Notes: generated from the sequence alone by a model not told the origin. A stretch of 64,000 bases of DNA from an uncultured delta proteobacterium (GCA_963716725.1 CAVQUB010000003.1:237978-301977); one strand, 5' to 3'; positions 9,377-20,174 are shown, counted from the first letter of the stretch. Program-made: numbers and translations.

Positions 9377-10456
9377 TCAATTCGATCGCGTGCACATCGA
9401 CACGACGAGCTCGCTGCTGAACGGGCCAGACGGCCCCTGGCCCTTCAGCCGCGCGAAGAGCAGCGGTGGAGGCTCGGGGAAGGCTGCATCCATCGGCTGC
9501 TGCGCGGGGCAGGATTCTCCCAGCAGGTCCTGGTCGCTCGTCGCGTCGACGCTGGTCGAGTGCTCACCCGTAGCCGGGATCGTGGTCTCGATCAGGTGGA
9601 GGGACCAACCGCTGGTGTCGAAGGGCGCGATGGGAGCGGAGCTGCCGAATGAATACTGAAACGGCACGATACGGATGTCGCCCGAGACCGATCCCAGCCC
9701 GGGTCCGGCCGCATGCGGGACGTGACCGTGGAGCGTCGTCATCGTGAAGGGACCCGCCGGTTGCACCATCGCGTTGCCAAAGGCCGACGGATGGGTGAGC
9801 CCGCTGTGGCATGTCAGCACCACGCGCGGCGGCCAGGCGCTTCCGAATTCGACGCCTGAGCCGCACTTGGCCTCGAAGCTGCCGCCGTCTGCCTTGCCCT
9901 TCACGATGATTCCGTAGGGCTCGATGCGATCGAGCTCGTCTTTGCAGCGAGTGCCGATCTCCGGCGCGGCGTCGGCGCTCGCCCACAGCTTGTAGTCCCA
10001 GGACTTCTGGGCGCCGCCGCTGGCGGTGAGGGTCTGCGCGACGCTCTTGTCCGGGCGCACCAGCTCGATGCTCTCGGGCATGAGGCAGGTGTCATTGCCC
10101 GAACTCAGGCGACCCCTCACCTGCAGGTGCGCCGGCTTGCCCGGCATCTCGAGCAACGCGAGGCTGACATCGTCGCAGAGCACCGTAACCTTGGCGCTGC
10201 CGCTCGTGGGCGTGCAATCGGTCGCGCCGCCCGTGCCGCCGAGACCCGCGCTGCCGCCGACGCCCGCACCACCGGCCACGCCACCGCTACCGCCTGCGCC
10301 GGTGCCAGCATTGCCCGTTCCGCCGGTCCCGGCGCCGGCCCCGCTGCCGCCAGCGCCGCCAGCGCCGCCCGATGCGCCGCCCGACGATCCCGAGCTGCTG
10401 CACGCAACGCCCAGGCAACACACCAAGAGTAAAGCGACCGACTGGGCTCGGAACAT
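9377..10456 (-). CDS. Gly-rich-linker lipoprotein, unknown function
   Basis: MFRAQSVALLLVCCLGVAC lipobox followed by Gly-rich linker and Cys-containing beta domain. Confidence 0.8.
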   Translation of the reverse strand: MFRAQSVALLLVCCLGVACSSSGSSGGASGGAGGAGGSGAGAGTGGTGNAGTGAGGSGGVAGGAGVGGSAGLGGTGGATDCTPTSGSAKVTVLCDDVSLALLEMPGKPAHLQVRGRLSSGNDTCLMPESIELVRPDKSVAQTLTASGGAQKSWDYKLWASADAAPEIGTRCKDELDRIEPYGIIVKGKADGGSFEAKCGSGVEFGSAWPPRVVLTCHSGLTHPSAFGNAMVQPAGPFTMTTLHGHVPHAAGPGLGSVSGDIRIVPFQYSFGSSAPIAPFDTSGWSLHLIETTIPATGEHSTSVDATSDQDLLGESCPAQQPMDAAFPEPPPLLFARLKGQGPSGPFSSELVVSMCTRSN

Positions 10457-10572
10457 GATGGGTGCGCGTCTGATGCCCCGGCGGCTCGCCGCGTTCAAGC
10501 CAACAGGTTGGCGGCTGCGCTCAAGCAAGTCGGCGGAATCACGGGGGAACGACCCGAGGAATTTTTTTGGAA

Positions 10573-10589
10573 TAGGCCCAGCCCCTGCG
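10573..10589 (+). promoter_or_regulatory. Putative sigma54 -24/-12 promoter for the sRNA candidate
   Basis: taGGcccagcccctGCg: GG(10575-76)-N10-GC(10587-88), preceded by a T-tract; imperfect versus TGGCAC-N5-TTGC. Confidence 0.4.
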
Positions 10590-10599
10590 CGGTTGACCC

Positions 10600-10806
10600 A
10601 AGTGAACCTGCAAGGAGGTGTCGAAGAGTCAAGAGAACAACGGCCCTGCGTGAACCTACGAGAGCGAGCCATTGCGCGCCCTCCTCCCCGAGCCCGCCCA
10701 AACGCAAAGAAGGCGCGGCCGCCACTCTCGAAGTGGTGAGGCTCCTGTCGTCCACGCACGGCTGCTCTCAAAAACCCCTGGTGCGCTGCACCGGGGGTTT
10801 TTTTTT
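10600..10806 (+). ncRNA. Candidate structured small RNA (~200 nt)
   Basis: Intergenic between two minus-strand genes; long-range stem gagagcgagcc(10660-70)/ggctgctctc(10760-69), internal hairpins, plus-strand terminator with 9 T. Confidence 0.55.
10770..10806 (+). terminator. Rho-independent terminator, probably bidirectional
   Basis: aaaaa-cccctggtgc-gct-gcaccggggg-ttttttttt. Confidence 0.9.
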
Positions 10807-10828
10807 GCGTGCCTCGGGGCGAGCGAGC

Positions 10829-13369
10829 TCACTTCCAGTCGACGAGCAGCCGACGGAGCCGGCCTTCGCTGCCAGCTCGGTCCGCGATCAACACCTCACG
10901 ACCCAACAGCGCCGGCGAGATCGTGGGCGGCACCGCCGAGCTGAGGCTCATCAGTCGCACTGCAGCACTTGCCTTGCCGCCCGCCCACTCGGACGCCCAG
11001 ACCCCCGCGGCTCCGTCTCTCACGGCGTTCATCAAGACCCGACAAGCGTCGTCTCGACACTCCAGCGCGAGCGCATTCGGAGCGCTGCCGCTGAGCGGGA
11101 TCGTCAGTGACTTGCCGAGGGGACGGGCATCGGCACCGAGCTCGACGACGCGGACCTCCGCATCGCCGGACGCTCCGCTCGGGGAAACGCTCTCCTCGAT
11201 CCACGCCAGCAGCGCGCCCTTGCCAACCAAGGCGAGGGCCGGCGAGCGCGAGTGCCGGGGCGTCTTCTCGACCACTTGCTCGCTGCCGACGAGGGATGCA
11301 TCCGACCCTTTCAGGGCAGCGACGTAGATGTCGCCAACACCGGGCTGGTCCTTGTCGCGCGCGTCGGACCAGGCGATGAGGGCGTCTGGTCCCCGCGCGA
11401 CCAGGGCGACCTCTGCCGCGGATCCGGCCGCGCTGGTGATGCGCTTGTCCGGGCCGGCGCTCAAGAGCATGCGGTTGATCCGCGCCGCGTACACCTCGGC
11501 ATCGCCGCTCCGCTCGTCGATCCAGGCCAGCAACCAGCCGTCGCCGACGCCGGTTGCCGCCACGTCGCTCTTCTCCCCGGGGGCGCGGGTCAGCATGCGT
11601 TGCCGGAGCTTCTTGCCCTTGTCGTCCACGACCGTGACAAACACCTGCGGCACCTTGTAGTCCATCGCGGTCCATGCGAGCAGCGCGTCGGGCTGCCCGG
11701 CGGTGCTGGCCGCGAGCGCAACACCTCCCAGAGAGCGTGCACGGATCGAAATCGTCTCTGCGGCGAGCGGCGCGCCAGACCCAGGGAGCGCTCGCACTTG
11801 GAGCAACGCTCGCGTTGGATCCATCCGCCCGTCAGGCGCAGCTTTGGTGGGCCGCACCCAGGGCGTGCTGGGATCGAAGTAGGTGACCCACGCCGCCAGG
11901 GACGTCGGACCCACCTTGGTCGACGAGAGGTCGGCGAGCGGATCCGTCTTTGCGATCACTTCGATGGCGGCAGCGCGGGGCGGCGGCGGGCGCCCCGCTC
12001 GGCGCGCGGCCGGCACGAAGCCTCCCCGCTTGCCCTCGGCGCGGATCGCCCACACCGGGGTGGGGTTGGTGGCTTGCGCGCCCAGCACGCGACATGGCTT
12101 CATCTCGCAGGAAAGCCCCCACACGAGATCCGGTGCCTCGCCCCGGAGCGAGGCGATCTTCAGCGGCTCCGACGCGACCACGCGGAGGCTCGCGTCGAGC
12201 TCGACGTAGGTGGGCAAGAGCGGCGCGTCCGGGCACTCCTGCTCTTTTCGACACACCTTCGCCACGGTGAGCGCGGTGAGCCCCGCCGGAAGCGCAGCCA
12301 GCTCCGGGATCGATCCGTCCCGCACGCCGTGGTCCAAGGTGGCTCGGGCTTCGCCCAGCTTTCCGTCGCTCGAGATGGGTGCGAGGGAGATCTTGCGACC
12401 GGTCGCCGGACGCTCGAGCAGGCTCTCCCAGGCGAGGTAGGCGCTGCCTCCCTTCTCGTGGGGTGGGACGAGACGGATCAGCGCCTGCTCGCCGATACTG
12501 TCTTCGAGGACCGTGGGCGACGCCGCGAGCTTGCCCCCGGAGTTGATCGACGCGAACCAGAGCTTCTCGTGATCGGACCAAGCCAGGAGCAGCCCTCGTT
12601 CTATCCTCACCATGTCGAGTTCGCGCACCTTCGGTGCTGCGGACGTGACTTCGACCCGCGAGGATGGCGCCCCGTGGTCGTCGAGGATCTCGAGGTGGAC
12701 TCGGCCGGTTTCGCCGACCGCGGCCACGGCGGCCCCGGCGCCGAACCTCACGGCCTGCCAGGCGCGAGCATTCTTGACGAAGGGCTCGGGCTGCATGCGC
12801 TCTTGTCCCACCAGCGCGGCAAAGAGATCGGCGCCGCCCGGATTCTTCACGCCCCAGAGCGCGAGCGTGCCGCTCGACGTGGCGACCAGATCGATCCAGA
12901 CGACGTCGCCAACCACTTCCGTCAGACTGACCGGTAAGCCCTTCGGTCGCCCACGCAGATCGAGCTCGAGTGAGTCGAGGACGGTGCGCCCGCCGTCCTT
13001 TCGGGTCGAGAGCAGCGCGAAACCGGCGGGCTCTGCCTCGACCACGGCCACGCCGACTTCACCCGGCGCGTTCGAGAGGCGCAGCGGCGCGCCGCGAGGC
13101 ATCCCGATATCGTCGAAGCCGACGCCGAACCAGGCCCGGCCTTTCTCCGCGGCCTGCGCCCAGACCGCGACACCCCCGGACGAGGTCGTCGCGACGTAGG
13201 GGCCAACTGTGCCGGCGGGCACGCTGGCGAAGCGCACGCTGTCGAGGGCGTCTTTGCCCGCGGACGCGCCGGCGCTCGGAGCCACGGGCCCAGGTCGCGC
13301 CGGCTTGGCGACCTCGCTCTGCCCCGCACAAGCGCCGACGGCGAGAGCCAACATGAAGATGCAACGCAT
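10829..13369 (-). CDS. Large lipoprotein, probable two beta-propeller-like repeat domains
   Basis: MRCIFMLALAVGAC lipobox; recurring xLxAWxD/E...dVyvarL repeats; 846 aa. Confidence 0.8.
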   Translation of the reverse strand: MRCIFMLALAVGACAGQSEVAKPARPGPVAPSAGASAGKDALDSVRFASVPAGTVGPYVATTSSGGVAVWAQAAEKGRAWFGVGFDDIGMPRGAPLRLSNAPGEVGVAVVEAEPAGFALLSTRKDGGRTVLDSLELDLRGRPKGLPVSLTEVVGDVVWIDLVATSSGTLALWGVKNPGGADLFAALVGQERMQPEPFVKNARAWQAVRFGAGAAVAAVGETGRVHLEILDDHGAPSSRVEVTSAAPKVRELDMVRIERGLLLAWSDHEKLWFASINSGGKLAASPTVLEDSIGEQALIRLVPPHEKGGSAYLAWESLLERPATGRKISLAPISSDGKLGEARATLDHGVRDGSIPELAALPAGLTALTVAKVCRKEQECPDAPLLPTYVELDASLRVVASEPLKIASLRGEAPDLVWGLSCEMKPCRVLGAQATNPTPVWAIRAEGKRGGFVPAARRAGRPPPPRAAAIEVIAKTDPLADLSSTKVGPTSLAAWVTYFDPSTPWVRPTKAAPDGRMDPTRALLQVRALPGSGAPLAAETISIRARSLGGVALAASTAGQPDALLAWTAMDYKVPQVFVTVVDDKGKKLRQRMLTRAPGEKSDVAATGVGDGWLLAWIDERSGDAEVYAARINRMLLSAGPDKRITSAAGSAAEVALVARGPDALIAWSDARDKDQPGVGDIYVAALKGSDASLVGSEQVVEKTPRHSRSPALALVGKGALLAWIEESVSPSGASGDAEVRVVELGADARPLGKSLTIPLSGSAPNALALECRDDACRVLMNAVRDGAAGVWASEWAGGKASAAVRLMSLSSAVPPTISPALLGREVLIADRAGSEGRLRRLLVDWK

Positions 13370-13462
13370 GCGGCTCGGAAGCTACGAGCGCGCCCTGCGG
13401 CGCGCAACAGGGAAGACGTGGACCGGTTTCAGCGTTCTGGAACAATCAGCTAGGATCTGCCA

Positions 13463-15120
13463 GTGACACTTGCGCAGCGCCTGCTCGTCGCGACTCTGCT
13501 GCTCACCGTGGTCACCACGGTGAGCCTCGGATTCGGCGTGCGCGAAGCTTGGCGGCGCACGGAAGAAGAGCGATTCCGTGAGCAGGGCGCGGCGGCCTTC
13601 GCGCGCCTCGAGAGACAGCTGGGCACCGCGGTTCGGGACCTGCCTGAGCTCGTCGAGCCTCTGTGCAAGCACGATCCGATGGTGGACAGCGCGCTGGTGG
13701 GCCTCAAGGCGCGCGATCTCGACTCGCGCCGGTTGTCGCTCAGCCTGCGCGTGCCCGAGCTGATGAAGGCCCTGCGCCTCGACGAGCTAGTGCTGGTGAC
13801 CAGCGAGGGCGAGATCCTCGGCGCGGGGCACGCCGACGGGTTGGTGGGCAAGCGCGACAAGAAGCTGGCTCAGCGCATGCAGAGCGGTGTCGGTTCGGCC
13901 CGCGTGCGCACCTCCGATCCCCCGCTGGCCATCGAAGCCGGGTGTTTGCTCCGCGATCGCGAGCACGAACGGCTGTGGGTCGGCCTGTTCGCCGCGCGTC
14001 ATCTGGATCCGATGCTGCAGGCGACGGCGGAATCTCACGGGGTGCGCCTCTCGCTCTCGAGACCCGCAGGCGGGCAAGACATGGTGACGGCCGTCAACGT
14101 GGCCGAGCTCGGGGGCATGACGCTGTTTGCGAGTCAGTCACGCGTGCCGCTCGCGCGGGCGCTGAAGGCTCTCGACTCCGCCATTGTCGTGATCGGGGAA
14201 GCTCCTTCGGTGCCGCGCTGCTGATTGCGCTCATGCTCTCCCGGGGCCTGGCGCGCCCCATCGTCAAGATGGCCGAGCAGGCCCGGGCGGTGATCGGGGG
14301 CGAGCCCAAACCGGTGAGGGGCAAGGGCGGCAAGGAGTTGGTCGAGCTGGCCAACGTGTTCAATCAAGCCATCGCGGACCTGACCCAACTTCGGAAGCGG
14401 CTGGCGGCCACGGAGCGCATCGCCGCACGCCGGGAGATTGCCCGGCGCGTGGCCCACGAGATCAAGAATCCGCTCGCGCCCATTCGAGCCGCCGTCGAGA
14501 CCTTGCGCCGTCTGCGTGCGCGGAACGATCCAGCCTTCGACGAGTACTTCGACGAAGCGACCCGGACCGTGCTCGACGAAGTGACCCGTATCAACAACAT
14601 CGTGTCGGAGTTCACCCGCTTCGCGCGCTTGCCCCCACCGAACCCGTCACCCATCGAACTGGCAGACGTGATTCGAAAGGTCGTGAACCTGCACGCGAGC
14701 AGCGGCGCCGACATCGAGCTCTCGGTCTCGCCCGTTGTCGTGGTGAACGCCGACGGCGACCAAATGGTGCAGGTGCTCACCAACCTGATCCAGAACGCCA
14801 TCGACGCGGCCCAGGCGTCGAAGAGCCCCCGAGTCACGGTGACGCTCGCCCCGGAGGGAGCGGACAAGATCCGTCTCTCGGTGCGCGACAACGGCCCGGG
14901 TGTGTCTGCGGAGCTGCGCGGTCGTCTGTTCGAGCCCTACGTCACGACAAAGCCGGAGGGCACGGGCCTCGGCCTCGCCATCGTGCACCGCATCGTGCTG
15001 GAGCACGGCGGCGAGATCGTCTACGCGGATGCCGCGGGTGGCGGCGCCGAATTCACGTTGGTGCTGCCTGTGGCGGGGCCGACTTTGCTGACCGAGGCTC
15101 CGGCCCCTTCTTCGGTCTGA
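13463..15120 (+). CDS. Membrane sensor histidine kinase (HAMP-HisKA-HATPase), split by a frameshift at ~14197
   Basis: ORF 13463..14224 gives TM plus periplasmic domain; second frame gives TM2, HAMP, VAHEIKNPL, NLIQNA, DNGPG, GTGLGL. One extra G in gggg (14195-98) restores the frame. Confidence 0.9.
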
Positions 15121-15161
15121 GGGAAGGGACTGGGCTCCCCCAGCGTGTAACTGATCAGAGC

Positions 15162-15734
15162 ATGTCGAAATTCGCGGTCAGCCTGTTGCTAGTGGCCTTC
15201 GCCAGCGGTTGTTCGTTTTCGACCACCCTGGTCGCCGGGACGCCCGGCGGAGCGCAGGGAGCGCACTTCCCCCCGTACGCTGCCCAGACGACGCCCGCTG
15301 GGGAGCCTGCCCCGGCAGCGCAGCCGGCGGAGCCCGCTCGCCCCGCCCCGATCGCCGCGCGCCCTGCGATCGCGCCCCCCGCCGCGCAACCGCCGCTCGC
15401 GAACACCTCGCCGTGGTCGGTCCCGCCACGGATCAGGGAGCCCGCCGCGCCTGCGCCGTCTCCAGCCCCCCGGGCGGGCGCGCCCCCCCGGGCCACGACG
15501 CCCGCGACGCCCACGACTCCCCCGTCCCGTCCAGCGCCCTCCACCCACGCGGCGGCGGCGTCGCGGCCGCCCCATGCGGCACAGCCTGTCGCAGCGAACG
15601 CGCCGCCCACCGAAGCCAAGCCGGCGCCCCACAAGAAGCTGCCCAAGAAGCTCAAGAAGCCGGGCGGCAAGAACACCTGGCTGGTCGACCGAGACCCGAA
15701 CACGCTGCCCCAGAACCCGCCGCCGCCCCAGTAA
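15162..15734 (+). CDS. Pro/Ala-rich lipoprotein
   Basis: MSKFAVSLLLVAFASGC lipobox; low-complexity body; basic C-terminus. Confidence 0.65.
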   Translation: MSKFAVSLLLVAFASGCSFSTTLVAGTPGGAQGAHFPPYAAQTTPAGEPAPAAQPAEPARPAPIAARPAIAPPAAQPPLANTSPWSVPPRIREPAAPAPSPAPRAGAPPRATTPATPTTPPSRPAPSTHAAAASRPPHAAQPVAANAPPTEAKPAPHKKLPKKLKKPGGKNTWLVDRDPNTLPQNPPPPQ

Positions 15735-15800
15735 TCGCCGAAGGCGCTTGGCGCTTCGCCCATAGCCCAATAATCTCGCCGCCATGCGCAGTGGGCGAGC

Positions 15801-17411
15801 ATGAACGGTCTGTCCCAGCGAAAGCTGATGGCTCTGGGGCTACCCCTGCTGGCGGGCATCGTCGTTGCGTTCGTGCGCCAAGACATCGCGAGCTACGCGC
15901 TCGCGGTCGGCGTGATCGGGGCGGTCGGAGCGTGGATGGCGGGTTCGGGTGAAGCGCCCTCCGGCTCCCTCGACGGGGTCGTGACGGCGCTGCGACGGCT
16001 GCGCGAAGGCAAGCGACCTGAGCTGCCGCCCAGCGCCGATCCGGCGATGAAGCCGCTGCACGACGAGATCAACGACCTGCACGAGACCATGGCCGATCTC
16101 GAAGCCCGCGACGAGCAGCGCGCCGGCGCTGTCGACGCTGCGTCGCTCGCGGTCTCCGACGCGCTGCGCACGCTGACCGAGGGCGTAGCGGGTCAACTCG
16201 ACGCCAGCGAAGACACGGCGAAGACCATCAAAGAGTCGACCTCGTCGCTGCGTGAGATCGCCCAGCACGTCGAGGTGCTGGCGGCGAGTGCCGAGGAATC
16301 GAGCTCGTCGATTCTGGAGATGACGGCCACGAACGAAGAGGTGGCGACGAATATCGTCGAGCTCGCCTCCAGCGTTCGCGAGAGCGTCTCCAGTATCGAA
16401 GAGATGGCCTTCTCGATCAAAGAGGTCGCCAAGAACGTCGACGCGCTCTCGCTGACGGCTGAAGAGACCAGCTCGAGCATGAACGAGATGGATGTCTCCA
16501 TCGACCAGGTCCAGTCGAACGCCAACGAGACGGCGAGGCTCAGCGAAGAGGTGGCTCAGGACGCCGAGCGGGGCGCCGAGTCCATTCTGAAGACGATTGG
16601 GGAGATCTATCGCATCAAGGAGAGCAGCCAAGAGGCGGTCGCGGTCATGTCCAACCTGGGCTCCCGCATCGACGCCATCGGTCAGATCCTCAACGTCATC
16701 GACGACGTCGCGGAGCAGACCAACCTGCTCGCGCTCAACGCCGCGATCATCGCGGCGCAGGCCGGGGAGCACGGCAAGGGCTTTGCGGTCGTCGCCGACG
16801 AAATCAAGGATCTGGCGGAGCGCGCCGGCGCTAGCACCAAGGAAATCGCCGACCTGATCAAGACCATCCAGTCCGAGAGCCGCAACGCCATCGTGGCCGT
16901 CGAGCGCGGCGCTCAGAACGTCGACCGTGGCGTCGAGGTCTCGAACGAAGCCGAGCGCGCGCTGAAGAAGATCCTCGAGAGCTCTCAGAAGAGCACCAAC
17001 ATGGTGAGAGCCATCGCCCGCGCCACGGTGGAGCAGGCCAAGGGCAGCAAGCAGGTCACCGACGCCATCGGGCGCATCGCGGAGACCGTCCAGCAGATCG
17101 CCGCGGCCACCGCTCAACAGGCGCGCGGCTCGGAGCTCGTGATCCGCACCAGTGACAAGATGCGGGCCATCTCCCAGCAGGTCGAGCGCTCGAGCCAAGA
17201 GCAGGCGCGGGGCGGGCGTCAGGTCACCCAGGCCATCGAGAGCATCAGCCACATGGTCAACCAGATCAACGCCTCGCACCGCTCGCAGACCCGTGGAACC
17301 GAGCACGCGCTCGTCACGGCGACTCGGCTCGAAGAGACCGCGCGTCGGCAGGACGCCGCGCTGCGGGAGCTGATCACTCACACCGAGAAGCTGCGCAAAG
17401 CGCTGTCTTGA
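15801..17411 (+). CDS. Methyl-accepting chemotaxis protein
   Basis: Tip motif VAEQTNLLALNAAIIAAQAGEHGKGFAVVADEIK; AEESSSS/AEETSSS methylation-type sites; N-terminal TM hairpin. Confidence 0.95.
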   Translation: MNGLSQRKLMALGLPLLAGIVVAFVRQDIASYALAVGVIGAVGAWMAGSGEAPSGSLDGVVTALRRLREGKRPELPPSADPAMKPLHDEINDLHETMADLEARDEQRAGAVDAASLAVSDALRTLTEGVAGQLDASEDTAKTIKESTSSLREIAQHVEVLAASAEESSSSILEMTATNEEVATNIVELASSVRESVSSIEEMAFSIKEVAKNVDALSLTAEETSSSMNEMDVSIDQVQSNANETARLSEEVAQDAERGAESILKTIGEIYRIKESSQEAVAVMSNLGSRIDAIGQILNVIDDVAEQTNLLALNAAIIAAQAGEHGKGFAVVADEIKDLAERAGASTKEIADLIKTIQSESRNAIVAVERGAQNVDRGVEVSNEAERALKKILESSQKSTNMVRAIARATVEQAKGSKQVTDAIGRIAETVQQIAAATAQQARGSELVIRTSDKMRAISQQVERSSQEQARGGRQVTQAIESISHMVNQINASHRSQTRGTEHALVTATRLEETARRQDAALRELITHTEKLRKALS

Positions 17412-18905
17412 GCCTCGCCGCCGCGCTCCCCGCTGTCGCTGCGGCGTTCGCGGTCACGCTGGTGCGCATCCAAGTCAGGCGCAGACTGGCGCCTGTTCGC
17501 TCCGCCGCGACGCGCGCCTGGCAGCCGCGGGATCTCGTGCTCGCGTTGGCGGTGGTCGGGGCTGCGCTCGCCACACGACTGATCCTGCTCGAGGCGCGCC
17601 CGATCGACAACGACGAGCCCGTGGGTCTCGGAATCGCTTCGCTCGGGGCTTGGGCAGCCGAAACGGATTCGCGTTTGCACCCGCCGTTGCCCGCGCTCTT
17701 GATGACCTGGCTGGGCGGCGCGACGAAGATCGAGGCCGCGCGATCCGTGTCGGTGCTGGCCGGCACGGCCAGCGCGGCCATCGCCTTCGCGATGGTGCGT
17801 GGGAGCGCCGGGCGAGGGCCGGCGTTCTTGGCAGGCCTCTGGCTCGCGCTGATGCCCGCTGCCATCCACACCTCGCAGCTGGCTCGGGGCTACGCGCTCT
17901 GCGCCTTCGGCCTGATCGCTGCCCACGCGTGTCTAGAGAAGGCGCTCGCCACCGGCCGAGAGCGCTGGTTCGCGCTGTACTCCGTCGCAGCCGCTCTGGC
18001 TCTGACCAGCGAATACTGGGCGCTGCCGCCCCTCGTGGCCAGCGCGACCGCGGCAAGCTGGAGCACACGTCGTCACCCGACCTCGCTGGTGGGCGTGATC
18101 GGATCCCTGGGCGCGGCCCTGGCGCTCGCGGCGTTCTTCGCGCCCTTCGCGCTCCCGACGCTCTGGCTCGGCGTTGGCGGCGGATCGCACTCGCCCACCG
18201 GACCCGCTTCGCGCGCTCTCTGACGCGATCGCGCTCGCCTCGGGCTCTGCCGCGCCCTTCAATGGGCTGGTCGCGCTGGGGCTGGTGCTCGCTGCCGCGC
18301 GTCGGCGCGCGCTCGGTCGATCCGAGCTGATGGCGCTCGCGGGGATCGTCGCCGCGATCTTCACGTTGCTGGTGGCCTCACACACCACGGCTGTGCGCGC
18401 GCGTTATCTCCTGCCCGTCGTCCCGCTCTTCGTGTGCGTGGTCGCGGCCAGCGCCCGCGGCATCGGAGTGGCGGTGCTGGTCGGAATTGCGCTGGGGCAC
18501 GCTGGGCTCCTGCCCTCGTACTACGCGGGCACCGCGCGTGGGCCCGAACTCTCGACTGGAGAGCGCACACCGCTCACGCTCGAGATGCTGCGCGCGGATC
18601 CGCACGCGCCGGTCGCTGTGGTCCCCGCTTGGGCCATCGCAGAAGCGAGCTACCGACTGGAGGGTCGCTTTCCCGATCGAGATGCCGGGGTCGGCTGCCC
18701 CGCCACGTTGTGCATACGCGGTGAGCGGTTGATCTTCGGAGCGACGTTGGATCAGGTTGGCTCGCTCGTGGCTAGTGAACCGAGGGTCTACGTCTGGGTC
18801 AGAAGTGGGTTGATCCCCGACACCGACTCCTGCGGCGTGGTCCTGCGGGAAGGCAGCTCGACGCTGCTCCGATGTCAGCAACTGCGGACTATCTCTGGAG
18901 GCTGA
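17408..18905 (+). CDS. GT-C fold (GT39/ArnT-like) membrane glycosyltransferase, frameshift at ~18204
   Basis: PIDNDE, DSRLHPPL, ARSVSVLAG, SQLARGYAL, ARYLLP motifs; multi-TM; removing one C in gacccgc joins ORFs 17408..18223 and 18174..18905. Confidence 0.78.
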
Positions 18906-18928
18906 CGCCGGAGTAGCCTCCGGTCGTT

Positions 18929-20158
18929 TTGGGAAAGCTTCACTCAGTTGCGCTGTCCTGCGCTCTCGTCGTGGTCACTCTTGCCGCGCCAACGCTCGCC
19001 CAGTCCGACGAGGAGAAGAAGGCCATCGAAGAGATCGACAGGAAGGCCGCAGCCGAAAAGAAGAAAACACTGGAGCGGATCCGCAAGAAGGCCGAGGAAG
19101 AGCAGAAGAAGGCCGCCGCCAAGGAGCGCGCCGAGGCCGCCAAGAAAGCGAAGGCCGAAGCGGAAGCCCGAAAGCAGGCCGAGCGCGAGCGCGCGAAAGA
19201 ACCCAAGAGGGAAGAACCCAAACCGACCGAGCCCGAGCCGACCCCGCCGCCGACAACCGAACCACCGCCACCGCCACCGCCGCCGCCACCGCCGGCGCCG
19301 CCGCTGAGGCCTACCGCCGTCGCAGTGGAGAGCGTCGGCGCCGCGCGCTGGACGAGCGTTGGTTTCGTGCAACCCGGGGAGGCCGGCGCCGCCACCGAAT
19401 CCGGATCCAGCGGCCTGAAAGTGCCGAGAGTCGCCAACTTGGACAGCCTGAGCGTGGTGTCGCTGCGTCTGGGGTTGAGTCAGGCCACCTTCAATCCGAT
19501 CAACGACGACCGCACCGACGACGACACCGCGTTCAAGCTGGTGGACTTCGTCTTCGGAGTGAATGCCGAGTTCCGCAACGTCGGGCAGCTCGTGGTTCCG
19601 TGGTTCGACATCGACACGGGGATCCTGTTCGGAAGTCGCAAAGAAGAGCTGGCCGGCAAGGAGACCGGGCGGGTGTTCAAGGCCTTCGCGACCCGGGCCA
19701 GCGGACTGTTCGGAGTGGACTTCGCTCCCATCGAGTTCGTTTCTGCGGGACCTTTCGTCGGCTACCGTGCAGAGCTCTACGTGATCTCCCTACAGAACGA
19801 GGAGAGCACCGAATCCGCCGGTTCCGCCACACACACCGGATTGCAGTACGGCCTGCACGCGAAGCTGCGCACCCGCGCCAAGCCGAAAGAGCCTTCGCGC
19901 TTCATCGCCGACGCGCGCTACGAGTGGCGCAAGGGCGAATACCAGACCGCGACCTACGCGAGCCTGCAAGCGGGTGTGCGCGCAGGCAACGTCTACTTCA
20001 CCGCCTGGTACGAGAAGCGCCTCGGATCTTCTGGCGAGTTCAAGCCGGGCGACGTGGCGGAGCCGGGAGACCCGAACAAGTCCTTGGCCAACGCGGCCGC
20101 GGCCTCGTTTCCCATCGAGCAACGCGTGGGCGGCGGCCTCTTGGTCAGCTTCTACTGA
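18929..20158 (+). CDS. Secreted protein: charged coiled coil, poly-Pro linker, C-terminal outer-membrane beta-barrel-like domain
   Basis: Signal peptide; KE-rich helix; PPPP linker; alternating beta strands ending GLLVSFY. Confidence 0.75.
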   Translation: MGKLHSVALSCALVVVTLAAPTLAQSDEEKKAIEEIDRKAAAEKKKTLERIRKKAEEEQKKAAAKERAEAAKKAKAEAEARKQAERERAKEPKREEPKPTEPEPTPPPTTEPPPPPPPPPPPAPPLRPTAVAVESVGAARWTSVGFVQPGEAGAATESGSSGLKVPRVANLDSLSVVSLRLGLSQATFNPINDDRTDDDTAFKLVDFVFGVNAEFRNVGQLVVPWFDIDTGILFGSRKEELAGKETGRVFKAFATRASGLFGVDFAPIEFVSAGPFVGYRAELYVISLQNEESTESAGSATHTGLQYGLHAKLRTRAKPKEPSRFIADARYEWRKGEYQTATYASLQAGVRAGNVYFTAWYEKRLGSSGEFKPGDVAEPGDPNKSLANAAAASFPIEQRVGGGLLVSFY

Positions 20159-20174
20159 GGGGGAGACAGAACTC

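Noticed and set aside
10600..10806. 6S RNA, SRP RNA, tmRNA or known riboswitch
   Set aside because: No recognisable conserved motifs by eye and no downstream co-oriented gene for a riboswitch; needs an Rfam search
14190..14205. Programmed ribosomal frameshift or phase-variable tract in the histidine kinase
   Set aside because: Only a G4 run, no slippery heptamer; sequencing indel is the simpler explanation
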